From the NCBI RefSeq assembly GCF_000315625.1, contig NW_005434616.1, positions 434,437-498,436 on the forward strand: a DNA stretch of 64,000 nucleotides. The letters are read 5' to 3'. Each line of letters begins with the position of its first letter. The stretch's first letter is position 1. Origin of the DNA: Guillardia theta CCMP2712. Lineage: Eukaryota > Protista > Cryptophyta. The notes beneath the pieces were generated by a model. It did not search any database, was not told the origin of the DNA, and worked only from the letters and a program-made list of their open reading frames with translations. The translations under genes were made by a program, and so were the position numbers. Below are positions 11,414 to 23,300 of this stretch, piece after piece.

Positions 11414-13041
11414 ATGACGGTCGGCATGGAGGCCGATGAGCAGCATGTCCAGATCTCGCTCACGACGCAGCTCCCGCCTCCTCTTGTGGTGTCCGACCTG
11501 CCCCTGGCTGTTCCTGCGCGTCTTACTCGCCTCGGCCTGTCGGAGGTTGTGAACCATCTCCTGGAGCACGACGAGCCGCGTGCCTTTGACTTCCTCATCG
11601 ATGGCGAGCTGCTCCGCTCATCGTTAGAGGAGCACCTGCGCAGCAAGGGGCTCTCCCTTGAAGAGGTCGTCATTGTGGAGTACTTCCTGGTCCCAAAGAA
11701 ACCAGAGCACACGGAAGATAAGCCGCACGAGGATTGGGTAGCCGGCATCGCCATCTCTTCCTCCTCCAGCGTTCTTACCGCCTCCTACGACAAGACAGGA
11801 CGGATATGGGAGGAAGGCGCTGACGGGCATGCAGCGGTCACGCTCCTTGGGCACGAGGACAGCGCGACATGCTGCACGTGGGTGGAGGAACAAGGGGAGG
11901 GGAGCACTCGATTCGCCATCACCGGCAGCAAAGATTACTCCCTGCTAGCCTTCGCCGTCCCCAAGGGCACGGGCGGGGGGCAGAGCATGCAGCCTTGCTT
12001 CCGCTTCAGAGGGCACGAGGGGGCCGTCCAGGCGGTCGCCTGCAGAGACTCGTTGCTGTGCAGCGCGTCCTGGGACAAGACGATCAAGATCTGGCCGATG
12101 CCGACGGAGAAGGAGCTGGAGGAGCTGGCGGGGAACTCAGGGGAGGCGATCAGCCAGACCGGGAAGAGAAGCAAGGGAGAGGAGGGGAAGCAGGCGGTGA
12201 ACATGAAGGACCGGGGGTGTCTGAGCACGTTGGTGGGGCACACGCAGGCAGTGACAGGGGTGGAGGTGGGAGGGAGACAGGAGATCGTGTCGGGAGGATG
12301 GGACCACACGGTCAAGTCATGGGATGCTGAGAAGCAGCAGTGCCTGACCAACTTGACCTCCAACTCAGCCGTCAATGGCGTCGCCATCTCCCTCTCCGGC
12401 CTCTTTGCCTCCGCCCACGCCGATCGCGCCGTCCGCGTCTGGGACCCTCGAGCTGGGGCTCTGGTGAGGAAGTCGCTGGCGTCGCACAAGGGATGGGTGA
12501 ACGCAGGTTAGCTTTCTACCTGCAAACCCTCCTCTCCCTTCCTCCTCTCCCTCCCTCCTCCCTCCTCTCATCCCGCCATGTTTTGGGGGTCATCAGCTTT
12601 GAGTCGCGTCTTGCCATACGCGCACTCATCGTTCCAGGCCCCAAGATGAAGCTCTCTCTGAGAGGAGGTCTGAACAACCTTGTCTGGCTAAAACAATTGT
12701 TGAGGCCTCTATGGCCCAGCGATCACCAAAGCCAGATAAATCTAATCCTCCTCCTCCTCCTCTTCTTCCTCCTCCTCCTCCTCCGAACTGCTGTGTGCCT
12801 GTTCACCTGAAATGTTCTGTTTGCAGTCAGCTGGAGTCCGAGCTCGGAGCATCATCTTGTCTCCTGCTCTCATGATCACACCATCAAGCTCTGGGACTTT
12901 CGCTCTTCTGTCCCTCTTCACACCATCGCCGCTCATGACGGGAAGGCGCTCTGCGTGAGCTGGGGCAGTGACGGCTTCATCTATAGCGGCGGAAGTGACT
13001 GCAAAGTCTCGCGCTACTCCTGCCCTGCCGCTCTGGCGTGA
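11414..13041 (+). CDS. WDR12: Ribosome biogenesis protein WDR12/Ytm1 (NLE domain + WD40), 2 exons
   Basis: NLE motif LSEVVNHLL...FDFLIDGELLRSSLEEHL...EEVVIVEY, then HEDWV and multiple GH...WD repeats. Intron 12507-12826; exon 2 reads VSWSPSSEHHLVSCSHDHTIKLWDFRS. Confidence 0.95.
12581..12743 (+). ncRNA. Putative intronic box H/ACA sno/scaRNA
   Basis: Two hairpins with internal pockets (TTGGGG/CCCCAA + TGAGTCGCGT/ACGCGCACTCA; TGTCTGGCT/AGCCAGATA + ATTGTTGAGGCC/GGCCCAGCGAT). H box AGATGA lies 15 nt from pocket 1 and an ACA-like AAA lies 14 nt from pocket 2. The host is a ribosome-biogenesis gene. Confidence 0.7.
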
Positions 13042-13186
13042 GCTGACGTGTACATACTTGTAGAATGTTTGGGAAAGAGGAGGAGCGGGGGGGGGGGGGG
13101 GGGGGAGGGGAGGGAGAGAGGATTGCTTGAATAAAGATTCTTTATGTTCAATCAATCAATACCATCAATATCACATGCTTGTCTCC

Positions 13187-15543
13187 TCATCGAAGATAGC
13201 TTCTGTACATGTACCCGACCCCTCCTCCTCCTCGTCCTGCTCCGTCCTGCCCCCGTCCTGCCCCCCCTTCTCCTCCTCCTCCTCCCTGCCCCGTATTGCG
13301 CCCTCCCATCATGTCAAAGTTTGCTTCACCCGCTGCTCGTCGTCTCCTCATCTCCTCCACGTTTCTCAGTCGCTCGTCTTGCTTCATGTCCGTGTGCGAG
13401 CTGACGGCAGCGGCCATCTCGTCCCTCCTCCCCTCCCTCCACCCAATCTGCTTCCCAACCGCATCGCCCCCGTAAGGATCCATCGGGCCGCGCCACGAGT
13501 GGGAGAAGGAGGGCTGGGGCTCTCGCTCAGTCCACTCGGGGAGGGGAGGACGCGACGAGTGGGACATCAACAGGTCCGCATGCAGCGGCATGCCATGGAA
13601 GCGACTGTACTCCTCGTACACCGTCCGCACGAACTGCCAAATGCCACGGTCAGAGACTGCTGGCTGATGCCAAAGAAGCTGCGTGAAGGGATAGTGGATG
13701 GTAGACATTGCAGGGAGGAGGAAGCAGGGGGGAGGGGAGAGGAGAGAGGGGAGAGGAGGAGCAGACCTTGAATGCGTTTCTCTGCGCCTCGTTGTTGGGA
13801 TCGTTCTCCACTTTCCCTGCTCCACTGTCAGAGCTTGCAGCGACTTCACGGTTCGCACCTGCGACGCAATGCAGGACAATCCGAAACGCCTTGCCCACCT
13901 CCATCACATGCGGGAGGCGCCGGGCGGCAACGAGGAGCAGCTTCTCCCCAGCTGACTGTAGAGCTCTGAGTTGAGCAGGAGGACAGTGACAAGTTCCCAC
14001 CTGCAGCCGAGCACCAGCAGACTCGCTCTGTGCGATCTCAAAGTTGAGCCGCTCGCGCTGACAAGAATTTTCAAGAGTGGCACGAAGAGTGGAGAGGCGA
14101 ATGGAGAAGGAGGAGGAGATTGGAAGGGATGAGGAACAGGGGAACGAGCACAGGGGGATGGGAGGAGCGGGAAAGGGTCGTCCACCAGTACCTCAGTGAT
14201 GAGCGAGACGTTGTAGGCTCGCAGGTTCTCGTTGTCCTGCATCAGGTCCCTCAACTCATCCTCGAAGTTGAGGTTGTAATGAGCTCCTGCTCACAGTCAC
14301 TCGCGTTGTCGAGCAGATACGACGAGAAGAAGCGAGCGAGCGACAGAGAGGAAGAGACAGAGACAGAGAGGAAGGGAAGGGGGGAGGGAGGGAGAGGAGG
14401 ATACGAAAACAAGAGGAGAAGGAAAGAACCTGAGGAGGGCATGAAGCTCTTGTCTCCACCAGCGGCGAACATCTCGTAAACTCCCATAGGAGCTGCCAGG
14501 GGATACTGACTACCTCGGCTCATGCTCGGCTCTAGTCCAGACGGTCCGCAGGCGAGGTGAGGGAACGCGAAGGGGTCGACGGAGCCCTGGAAGGGCATCG
14601 CCCCGTGCATGCTGCCATGCGCGTGATGCTCCGGCAGCATCCCCCCCGCGGGCTCATGCATGAAGTGCCGCATCCCCCACCTCTCCTCCTCCATCGTGTA
14701 CCCGAACTTGCCCAGCAGACCACCAGGGCTATGCATCATCCCCATGTGCCCCCATGGAGGCCCCGCGTACTCCAACATGCCGTGCGAGGCCAGCTGGGGA
14801 GGCAGCTGGGAAGGGCTCGCTTGGGGCGGGCCAAGCTGAAGGCAAGCTCGGGTAGGTACAAAGTCGTCGCTGACCCCCACGGCCTCCATCGGCGTCGCCT
14901 CTAGGTCGTCGTAGGATCGCTTCATGGCCCGAGGCCTCCCGGGCCCAGCCGGTCGGGAGGGTCGCCGGACGGCATCCCACTCAACGCGGAAGTCGTTGAC
15001 TCGCTTCTTGATCCTCTCGATGCGCTCCTTGCTCACGCCGATGCTGCTCATGATTCCCTCGCAGATCCTCGCGTCCTGTGCAACGTTGGCTGTGTCCCGC
15101 CAACGCGCTCGTCGGAAGCCGTAGCCTGGGTTGCCGGGCTTGGCTCGGACGGCAGGCACGCGCCTGCTCTGCTCCTTCTCGTACATCTCGTACCCGAGCT
15201 TGTTGAACTGGAGGCGCATGAGGCCGTTCTTGCCTGCTCTGACTATCACAACAACAGCCCGGTAGCTTCTCAATGCTCACCCGTGTTGGCGAACTCCGGG
15301 AAAAGTTCAGCGAAGAGATGAAAGACTGAGAGCTTGTAGTCCACTGCATCCTCCTGAAGAGAAGGAGTGAGGAATTTTCCAAGCTCAGGAGAGCTCGAGG
15401 AGCCTAAAGTTGATAGATCAGCTCCTGGGTCAACGAACCTGAGGCAAGATATCCTCGTTGTCGTCTGAGAGTTTGGTACACGCTTGAAAGAAGGCTCTTG
15501 CCACCTGGACTGCTCTGCCCTCAGACTTGCCATGCTGAGGCAT
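13187..15543 (-). CDS. Hypothetical nuclear-type protein (conserved-looking N-terminal domain ...AKPGNPGYGFRRARWRD..., GRPR AT-hook-like motif, coiled coil)
   Basis: Multi-exon frame can be assembled from MPQHGKSEGRAVQVARAFFQAC to the stop at 13187. Confidence 0.7.
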
Positions 15544-16554
15544 CACTCCTCCTCTCTTTAAGACTTGTGATTGTATGATTGAAGTTACTCCGACTTCGAC
15601 GAGCAAAGCAAGAGATGCAGTAACGAAGAGCAACAGCAACTATCACTTCAAACTAGCAGCTCTTCCGCTTCAAACTTTGATCGCAGACTGGAAGTAGAGC
15701 ATCTCCCGGTGTCCCCAGTCACCAGATGCGCCTGCATCTCTCCTACGTTCTTCCTCCTCGGTACCCCAAAAGATCATCAAGGATCTCAGGAGCACCAAAG
15801 ACAAGGAAAGTTCCCGACTTCATCGAAACCAACCTGGAAGCCCATGCTGGCTGACCCTTGAACAAGCGTTCAGATCACCCAACCTCTCTGATCATGGTGG
15901 AACAATACATCCTGAAAGACGAAAAAATCAGTGTGGAAGAATAGAATCGACGCGAGAATGCATGACGAAGGGCAATCGTCTTGTAAGTTAACTAGTGACT
16001 AACAGAGTGCTAGGTTAGACTGAAGATAACTAGTGACTAACGGCGTATTGGAGCAGGATACTGGGTCTCATTCTCGTAGCCTTACAAGAACAGGAGGAAA
16101 AACACTGTCTCAAAAGTTTATACGCGGGAGAAGGATGGAAGGACAGAGAAAAGGATGATCTTTGACGACTCTTGAACAGTTCCACACAGAATCGACAAGC
16201 ATCAATACAGGTGATGAGGGTGGAATCAGGGAGGTCGAAATCAACAGCTTGCTATTAGGAACATTTGAGAGGAGGTCTCTGCAAGTTCTCTGTGATCTGT
16301 GAAACTGAGATCGGTAAAGATCGAATTCCGAACGTGCACATTCGACAGGGTACTGTACACAGAACAAAGAGCACGCGTAAAGAAAACACAACTGTGAGCA
16401 GAAACGGTGTGAGAGGAGTGAGAGGAAAAGGAAAAGGTAGGCTCAGAGGAAGAGATCGAGATCCAAGACGAGCATGTGTAAGGCGACCGAGGACAGAATT
16501 GGGATGTAGCGACATTGTACCATTGCGATGCCGACAAAGTAACGATTGTAACGG

Positions 16555-17300
16555 CATGACGCAAAGCGTAGGGTGGGGTACACATATCCAATTTCGAATC
16601 AGGGTGGGGTACAAAATGGAGGCGGTGGTCCATAAAACTATATTAAAATAACTCCATAGTAGTCAAGATTCTGCAAACAAGCTATAAATCACCTAAAATA
16701 GTTCAGATTCGGGTTAAATTGTGAAAGAAATCACTAGAGTTCGTTTACAACTGTTTTAAAATTCGTTACAAATAAGGAAGGTGGTAGTCCAATGACCTCA
16801 GCACGAGGAGGTGGTCTCAGGAGGAGGGTCCAGGTCCCAGTATGGAGTGGGGGTAGGGGAAAGGAAAATGGGCGGTAGGGGTACATATATGGTTATCAGG
16901 TGAGGCAAGTGGTCAAAGAGGTGGGGGTAGACGACGGAGAGGGTGAGTGGGTAGGGTGGGGGTACTCACTTTGTACCCTGCAACAGAAAACACGTAGGAG
17001 AACTCACAACGTTTGATACAAGTACCGGTGCAAAAGCTCATTTCTAGTGGGTTCAATACTACATGGGGTGGGAGTAATAATTACCGGTGTTCCTGATTCA
17101 TGAGCATCGGGTAAAGAGGGGGGTAGGGTAATCAGGAATAGATCGATCACCGGTTTGTTTTCTGGGAAAAGAGGGGGTATTAATGATTCATGGAATGGTG
17201 CTGGAGGTAACTTTTACGAAGGTATCGAAAGGTCTCGGGCGGAGGGGGTGGGGGTGGGGCTGTGTAAGGACCTTCTTAAATCTGAATGGAAACAAGCTTA
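16555..17300 (-). promoter_or_regulatory. GGGGTA/GGGT-rich tract (TACCC on minus strand) upstream of the minus-strand gene
   Basis: Dense ggggta/gggtg motifs, non-coding. Confidence 0.45.
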
Positions 17301-17379
17301 TCAATTTGAAATATTAAGGATAAAAATGTGGAAGATGTAGAAAATTAGTAAATAATTGTGAAATCCTACTTGCACGGTT

Positions 17380-17680
17380 CGCACGGCCCGGCCCGGCCCG
17401 GACTCCGGGACTCGGAGGCTAACGGATTGAGGCTGCCGCGCCGCGCGCTCCCCGCCGATTGACGGTCCGGCCTTTCCGAAGTTCCGACAGGCCCGGCAGC
17501 AGCCGGGTCGCTCCCCTGAGCCGCTCGAGCCTCGCCGTCTGACCGTCGCCGCCGACCATCCGATTTCGGACGCACCGGAGGCCGGCCTCGACTGAGTCAC
17601 GCGGCGCGACCGCCGCGCCGCGCCAGGCCGAGCCCGCCGGCCACCGCCTCGCCCAGTGACTGAGCCCGGGTTTGCCGTTC
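17380..17680. promoter_or_regulatory. CCGG/CpG-rich island with GAGTC/TGAGTCA motifs
   Basis: Very high GC, repeated ggcccgg; similar islands at about 3060, 6275, 10880, 41715 and 42140. Confidence 0.45.
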
Positions 17681-18030
17681 TCGCTGTCTTTTCTCTGAGT
17701 CTCGCCGTTTGGCCAGTGCGGCTCTCAGTGTCAGGGTCAAGCCTGCCCTCCTCGACTCTCCTGATTGTCCTCGTACTGATTTTTAACTTAACTTTGAGTA
17801 AAGGACGCGTGCGAGCCCGGGTAGTGCCGTGAGGAAGTGGTTCAAAGTTACTTGACTTGGCTAGGCTAGCAGTGGGGCTCGGTGGCTGCACGTGCAACAG
17901 GAAGGTGAACGAGGCGAACTCGATAAAAGCAAGGGATGAGGACGATGATACTAGCTTGAGCAGCAGGATGTGCGAGGGGATGAGAGAGAGGAGGTGATCG
18001 CAGCGCTACAACCTAAGAAGAGGGTTGGGC

Positions 18031-19194
18031 ATGAGAGGAGTGGCAGTAGGACTGCTGATCTTGGGGGGAGCGGAGGCTTGGCAAGGGGCGGGGGGATCAT
18101 GGTGTTGGAGAAGACAGGCAGGCAGCAGACTCAGCGTCTTCGGAAACAGATGTCTGAAGCCTCAGGGAGTGATCATGGCAGGGGATCGAAATAGACAGCT
18201 GAGCACAAAGTTTGCATGGGATCAGGGAGGGGATCCGCTCATGGATGTATTGACTCCCACAGGAGGAGGAGGAGGTAAGGTCCACACGAAAAGGATCTCG
18301 AAGCACAAGCTTGATGTCTTCGACCTGAAGGACTACGCTGGTTCCTCTCTCTTTGATCTCTTCGCCCGCCTCGTGTGCGAACTCGATGGAGTTGTGCCCA
18401 GGAAGGAAGTTCACGAGAGCTGGGAAAGCGCGAGTATCATCCATGCTGCCTTCCCTCACTCTGTTCAGGTCGTCGACCTGGCAGGAGGCAACACGCTCCT
18501 CTCTTGGGCCCTGCTCATCCTCGACGACTCGGGGAGGCGCAACGTGCTGTGTGTCGACAAGTTCAAGTCCAGCGCTGCATGTCGCATTACCGACAAGTTC
18601 CTCCAACGCTGGCCCAACTTGGGGTCGAGGTTCCGACACGTCGAGGGAGACCTGGCGGACCTGCGGCCCAGGAGGGACTCGCTGCTGGTTGCAGTGCATG
18701 CGTGTGGGGCTCTGACGGACACCATCATGGAGCTCGGGGCAGCTGCGAGGGCGCAGATGGTGCTGGTGCCATGCTGCCACTCCCTGCAGGACAGCTCGAG
18801 TACCATGACGTTCCTGCAGCACCCGCGAGGAGAGGAGGCGCTCCCGTTCGTGCGGAGGATGTCGAAGCGTGTGGGGATGGGGGCGGCGATCGACTCGGCG
18901 CGGGTTCGCTGCCTGCGGCGGATGGGATACATCGTACGTTGCTGCAAGATATCAGACAGCATTACCCCGCAGAACCGAGTTATCCTCGCGCATATGCGGC
19001 AGGAGGAGGCGGAGGAGACCGATGCGTCTCGTTCTACTTTGCCTCCTCTCTGGCCTTTCCAGAAACTTCCAAGAAATGCCTGGTCGTGGTACGCGGGGGA
19101 TGCAGGCTCAAAACAAGTGAGGAGGGAGGAGGAGGGAGAAATCAGGTCTTACTTTCTAGCAGAAGCTGGAGAGAAAGAATTCGGGCCTACCTGA
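18031..19194 (+). CDS. SAM-dependent methyltransferase (Methyltransf_32-like), probably plastid-targeted
   Basis: Motifs VVDLAGGNTLLSW, VAVHACGALTD, VPCCH and ITPQNRVI. Signal peptide MRGVAVGLLILGGAEA followed by W and an R/S-rich transit-like peptide. Confidence 0.8.
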   Translation: MRGVAVGLLILGGAEAWQGAGGSWCWRRQAGSRLSVFGNRCLKPQGVIMAGDRNRQLSTKFAWDQGGDPLMDVLTPTGGGGGKVHTKRISKHKLDVFDLKDYAGSSLFDLFARLVCELDGVVPRKEVHESWESASIIHAAFPHSVQVVDLAGGNTLLSWALLILDDSGRRNVLCVDKFKSSAACRITDKFLQRWPNLGSRFRHVEGDLADLRPRRDSLLVAVHACGALTDTIMELGAAARAQMVLVPCCHSLQDSSSTMTFLQHPRGEEALPFVRRMSKRVGMGAAIDSARVRCLRRMGYIVRCCKISDSITPQNRVILAHMRQEEAEETDASRSTLPPLWPFQKLPRNAWSWYAGDAGSKQVRREEEGEIRSYFLAEAGEKEFGPT

Positions 19195-19209
19195 AAGAGA
19201 AGCGGTGAG

Positions 19210-20224
19210 ATGGAGGAGGAGGAGGAGGAGGAGGAGGAGGAGAGAGGATGGGCGGCATCAGAGGAAGCCGAGGGGGTACTGAAGGATGTGAAAGGTAACG
19301 AAAGGCGCCCCTCAGCTGTTGCATTGGGGATCAAATCATCGTCGTCAGAGTTTCAAGGAGGTTTTTATGATGCACGAGACAACAAGACGTCAGACTCTTT
19401 TTTGCTTTTGCTACCAAAACATCCTCCCGAGCTCCCTCTCGATGGTCTACAAGTCTCTTGGTTCCCTTGGCGTCAAGGTAGGATAGGATGTCTTCTCACG
19501 ATTACGATGCCAATGTCCATGACGATGACTTTGACTTCTGCCCAGGGAAAGAGAAGTCTCGACGGCCGATACTTCTTTGTCTTTCCTTCTTTGGACTTCA
19601 ATGATGATCAACAAACAATCCTCAAGGGAATATTCGACATCGTACAACTCTTTGCCGTGGTCGACGTTCGATTAGCCCCGACTTCAAGTGACGCAACGGC
19701 TCTCGTGCTCGACGACTCTCTTACCAGGTGGTCGACCTTGTGGAGGGTCTTGCGACGAAGGCAACCAAGGGGAATACTGCAAGTCACCTGCAAGACCTTC
19801 CACAAGAGCTGGTGTTTCCCTCCTCCTCCTGCTCCTGCTCCCCCCCTCCCCTCCCTGTTCTTGTCCCTGCTCCTCATGGTGGTGGTGGCGCCGCTCTAGT
19901 TCTTGCTCGAGCTCGTGCTTCTCCTTGTGCTAGTGCTCTGCCCCTGATGTTTGATTCTGAGTCTTGTTCAGGAATCCCCTGCTCCACCACTCTCTCGAGG
20001 AGATGTTCTGTGAAAGAATCGAGCGTATGATGCAGCAGGAGCTCGGAGAGGAGGAGAGAGTTGAAGTGAGGAGTGAATCCAGCCTTGAATCCTCCTCTTC
20101 CCCTCTTTCCTCTTCCTCCCCTTCCTCTCCTCCCATATCCTCTTCTCTGTATCTATGGTGCTGCAGCGGATGTTTAGTTTCCGCTGTTCCCATCGCACCC
20201 AATGAGATCAAGTTGTTAGAATGA
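19210..20224 (+). CDS. Hypothetical multi-exon protein
   Basis: Coding-like segments (GKRSLDGRYFFVFPSLDF..., RWSTLWRVLRRRQPRGILQVTCKTFHKSW, RNPLLHHSLEEMFCERIER) separated by intron-like tracts. Confidence 0.5.
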
Positions 20225-20315
20225 ACCATCGCTCCTTCTTGTCCTCCTTGTCCTCGTCCTCGTCCTCCTTGTTCCCTTGTCTTCCTCCTCGCTATCTTGA
20301 TCGTCTCTGTGGTGC

Positions 20316-23300
20316 TCATATCTTCATCTGTGCTGTTCCTTCTCTCGTAGTGGTCATCAATTTAGAGCTGCTGCTCTCTGTGTGATCTTGCAACCTGCTG
20401 TGCACCCGCCTGACCTTGTCCTGCTCTTGCGCGTCTTTCTTGCCTGATGACGCATAACACAACTCGACAACTCCCGCAGACAAGGCTGATACCAGGGTTG
20501 TCAACCCTCTACAAACACCTCCCACCCCACCCCACCTTCACTCCAGCTGTCGACCAGCTCTCCTTGTAATCTCGACATGTCGATCTTGTCGGCTTGGTAG
20601 ACAGTCGTATTGTGATGCAGCAGCTTGACATCTGTCACTTCTCCCTCCACGTCCTCCATCATCAGCTGTAAAACTTTCCTGTCGTTGCTCTTTGACAAGT
20701 CCAACCAGAACCTACCGGAGACAGGAGCGTCGCTCATCATCACGAACCTGCTCGAGCATCACGTGCTGGCACTCGCTCCCTCCTCTTGCCTCGCCCCGAG
20801 CCTTCGCTGCAGGTTCAGCCTCGATCGCTCCGAGAACGCCTTGTTGCACAGCCACAGGTTGCGCCGGTCTATGATGCGCGAGAACAGCATCACTAGCGCT
20901 TTCTCCCTGCAGCTCTCCAACGAGAACCTGCGGGAAGTCACGAGAGAATATTTGACGGCTGCTCACATGAAGAGCATGTTGATGGCTTGTCGAACTGAGA
21001 ATGTCATGACCTGCTGCACAGTCAGCTGGGGAGGTCAGAAGAGTGAAGAGACCGAGCATGCTCGCTGAAGGATGTCGATCTTCGCCTCTTCGTCGGAGTT
21101 CTTGGACATGATCTCAGTCAGAGACTTGAACGCTTCCTCGCTCGCCTCCGCCTCCGCCTGTCCCCTCGTCACCAGCAGTCGCTCGGTCAGTCGCTGACTC
21201 ACTTTGGTTCCATCCAGCAGCACGAAGTCAAGCTCGACCACGCCTGACAAGGGGATACGCCAAGGCTTCCCGCTGGCCGGGAGGTACTGGAAGCGCTCGC
21301 CGTTGCAGCTCTCGCTCCTCCAAGCCTCCCCGTCGCTTCGTTTCGCCTGCTTCTCCTGCCTCGCCGTCACCGCACATCCGCTAGCACGCGGCTCACCAGG
21401 ATGCGCAGCACCCGCAGGTCCTCAGCGATCGACACGTCCAGCCGGTAGTGCCCCGAGGGGTTCAGGTCGTCGAAGCCTCTCGCCCTGCCGGCTCGTCACT
21501 CGGCGCCTCCTCCTCTGCTTCTCTACTTGCTCCTGTTCGACGTGCAGCCGTTGGCCGAGTAGCGGAACGTCGCGACGCTCTCCTGCCTAGCTCGCAGCTT
21601 TGCGTGAACGTGCGTGATGGAGTCACCGATGGGATTGCCGTCGAGCTTCAGGCTGGTCAAGCCCTTGTTGGTGCTGATGGCACTGCAGAGGAAGACGGCT
21701 AGCAGCTCGAGGTCACAGAGAGCAGGGGCAGGAGAAGAGGGAGGGGCACCTTGTGTCTCGGAGATGCGACAGTAGCTGAGGTCGAGCTCGGTGAGGGAGT
21801 GGGAGGTGTCAAGGGCGCGGGTGAAGGCGAGGAAGCAGTCCTCGTTGAGTCGCTGCACGTTGCTGCCGCTGAGACCATTCCAGGAGAGATTGAGCGACTG
21901 CAGGGTTGAGTTGCCTGCTAGACCCCCACTGATAGACCTGAACGCTCGTCAAGGGAGAAGCCATGCAGGAGAAGAAGGAGGAAAGTAAAAAGCAGAGGGG
22001 ATATGAAGAAGAGGAGAGAGAAGGACCTGATATCTGACAGCTGTAAGTGGTTCCATGAAAGGTCGAGAACTCTGAGGCTTGTGTTGCAAGGCAGCATGTT
22101 CTGACATGCTCGAGCGCTGAGAGCGGCCATGCCGTTGTCAGCGATGAAGAGATGTCGAAGCTGCAACTCGCTCAAGCTCAGCTTAACAGCAGCACTTCTC
22201 ACCGTGGAGTTGGTGCAGAGAGCGAGGAGGAGCGCAGACAGGCTTCTGTCTCCCAGCTTGTTGCTGGAGAGGTCAAGTAACGTGATGGAGCAATTGGACC
22301 GGAGCAGAGCACCGAAGCTTGTTCCAGCAGCTGGGGTGAGGTCAGCAGCTTTGATTCTGACTTGAGTCACTCGATCGTTCTGTTCCAGCGCTCGCGCAAG
22401 AGTGTCGCCGGCAGACTTGAGGCTGTTTCCGCTGAGATTGATCGCTTGCACAACTAACTGCACGTCAGACAAGCTGCGAAGAAGGCGCAAGAGACCTCGA
22501 TTGTGCTTCATGGCAGCCGCCAAGCTCAGACCCTCTCGCTCCACCAGGCCTGTCACGAGCTCAGCGACGTCATCGCCTGGCGTTGGCTCGCACCTGCATG
22601 CTGCAGCTCCATGTCAGGATGGTTGAGCGCGGCGACGACGAGGGGCTGAAGGCGGACGCGCATGCCGTTGCAAGCATGGATGTAGTGGGGGATGCCGGTG
22701 TTGGACCTGACGCTCATGCTGTCAAGTCGCCACGAGCTCGCTGCCTCGACATACGCGTCGTGCTCTGGTCCATGCTCGAGGGCCTCGGGTGGCGTCAACG
22801 CCACCTGGTGCATGCACTTGATGGCCGAGTAGGTGATGGAGCTGATGTAAGGTTGAGAAGCAGGTCGAGTATATGAAGTCTTCTCACTCGATCTCCTTGT
22901 CAGTATGATCCTCTTCGCTGTTGTCGCCATCCTCAAACTCGCTTCCCCAACTGCTGTCTATCAGAGACCAAGCAAGACGAGGAGAAAGCGAGCAAGAGGC
23001 TCTGATACCCACCTGGCGTCGTCATCTTCTCCTTCGCAAGATGCAGCAAGCAACATGTCTTGCCTACATTCGCAGCCTCCTCTCGGTCTTCACCTCTCCC
23101 CAGGTAGCGCAACTGACCAGTGCGAATTAGGTCCAGCAGAAAAAGAAACCTGAGGTGCTGCAGTGCGAGGGAAGCGACTAGGGGAGTGGGGAGAGAAGGA
23201 GAAGAAGCAACGAGAGCAAGGGAGTGGGAGGAGAACGAGGAGAAGGAGACGTGGAAGGAAAGGAGAGGAGGCACGAGAAGAGAGTTAGAAGGAGTCAAGA

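Noticed and set aside
17301-17897. 198-aa Arg/Gly-rich ORF
   Set aside because: It is a by-product of the GC-rich island and lacks coding-like composition.
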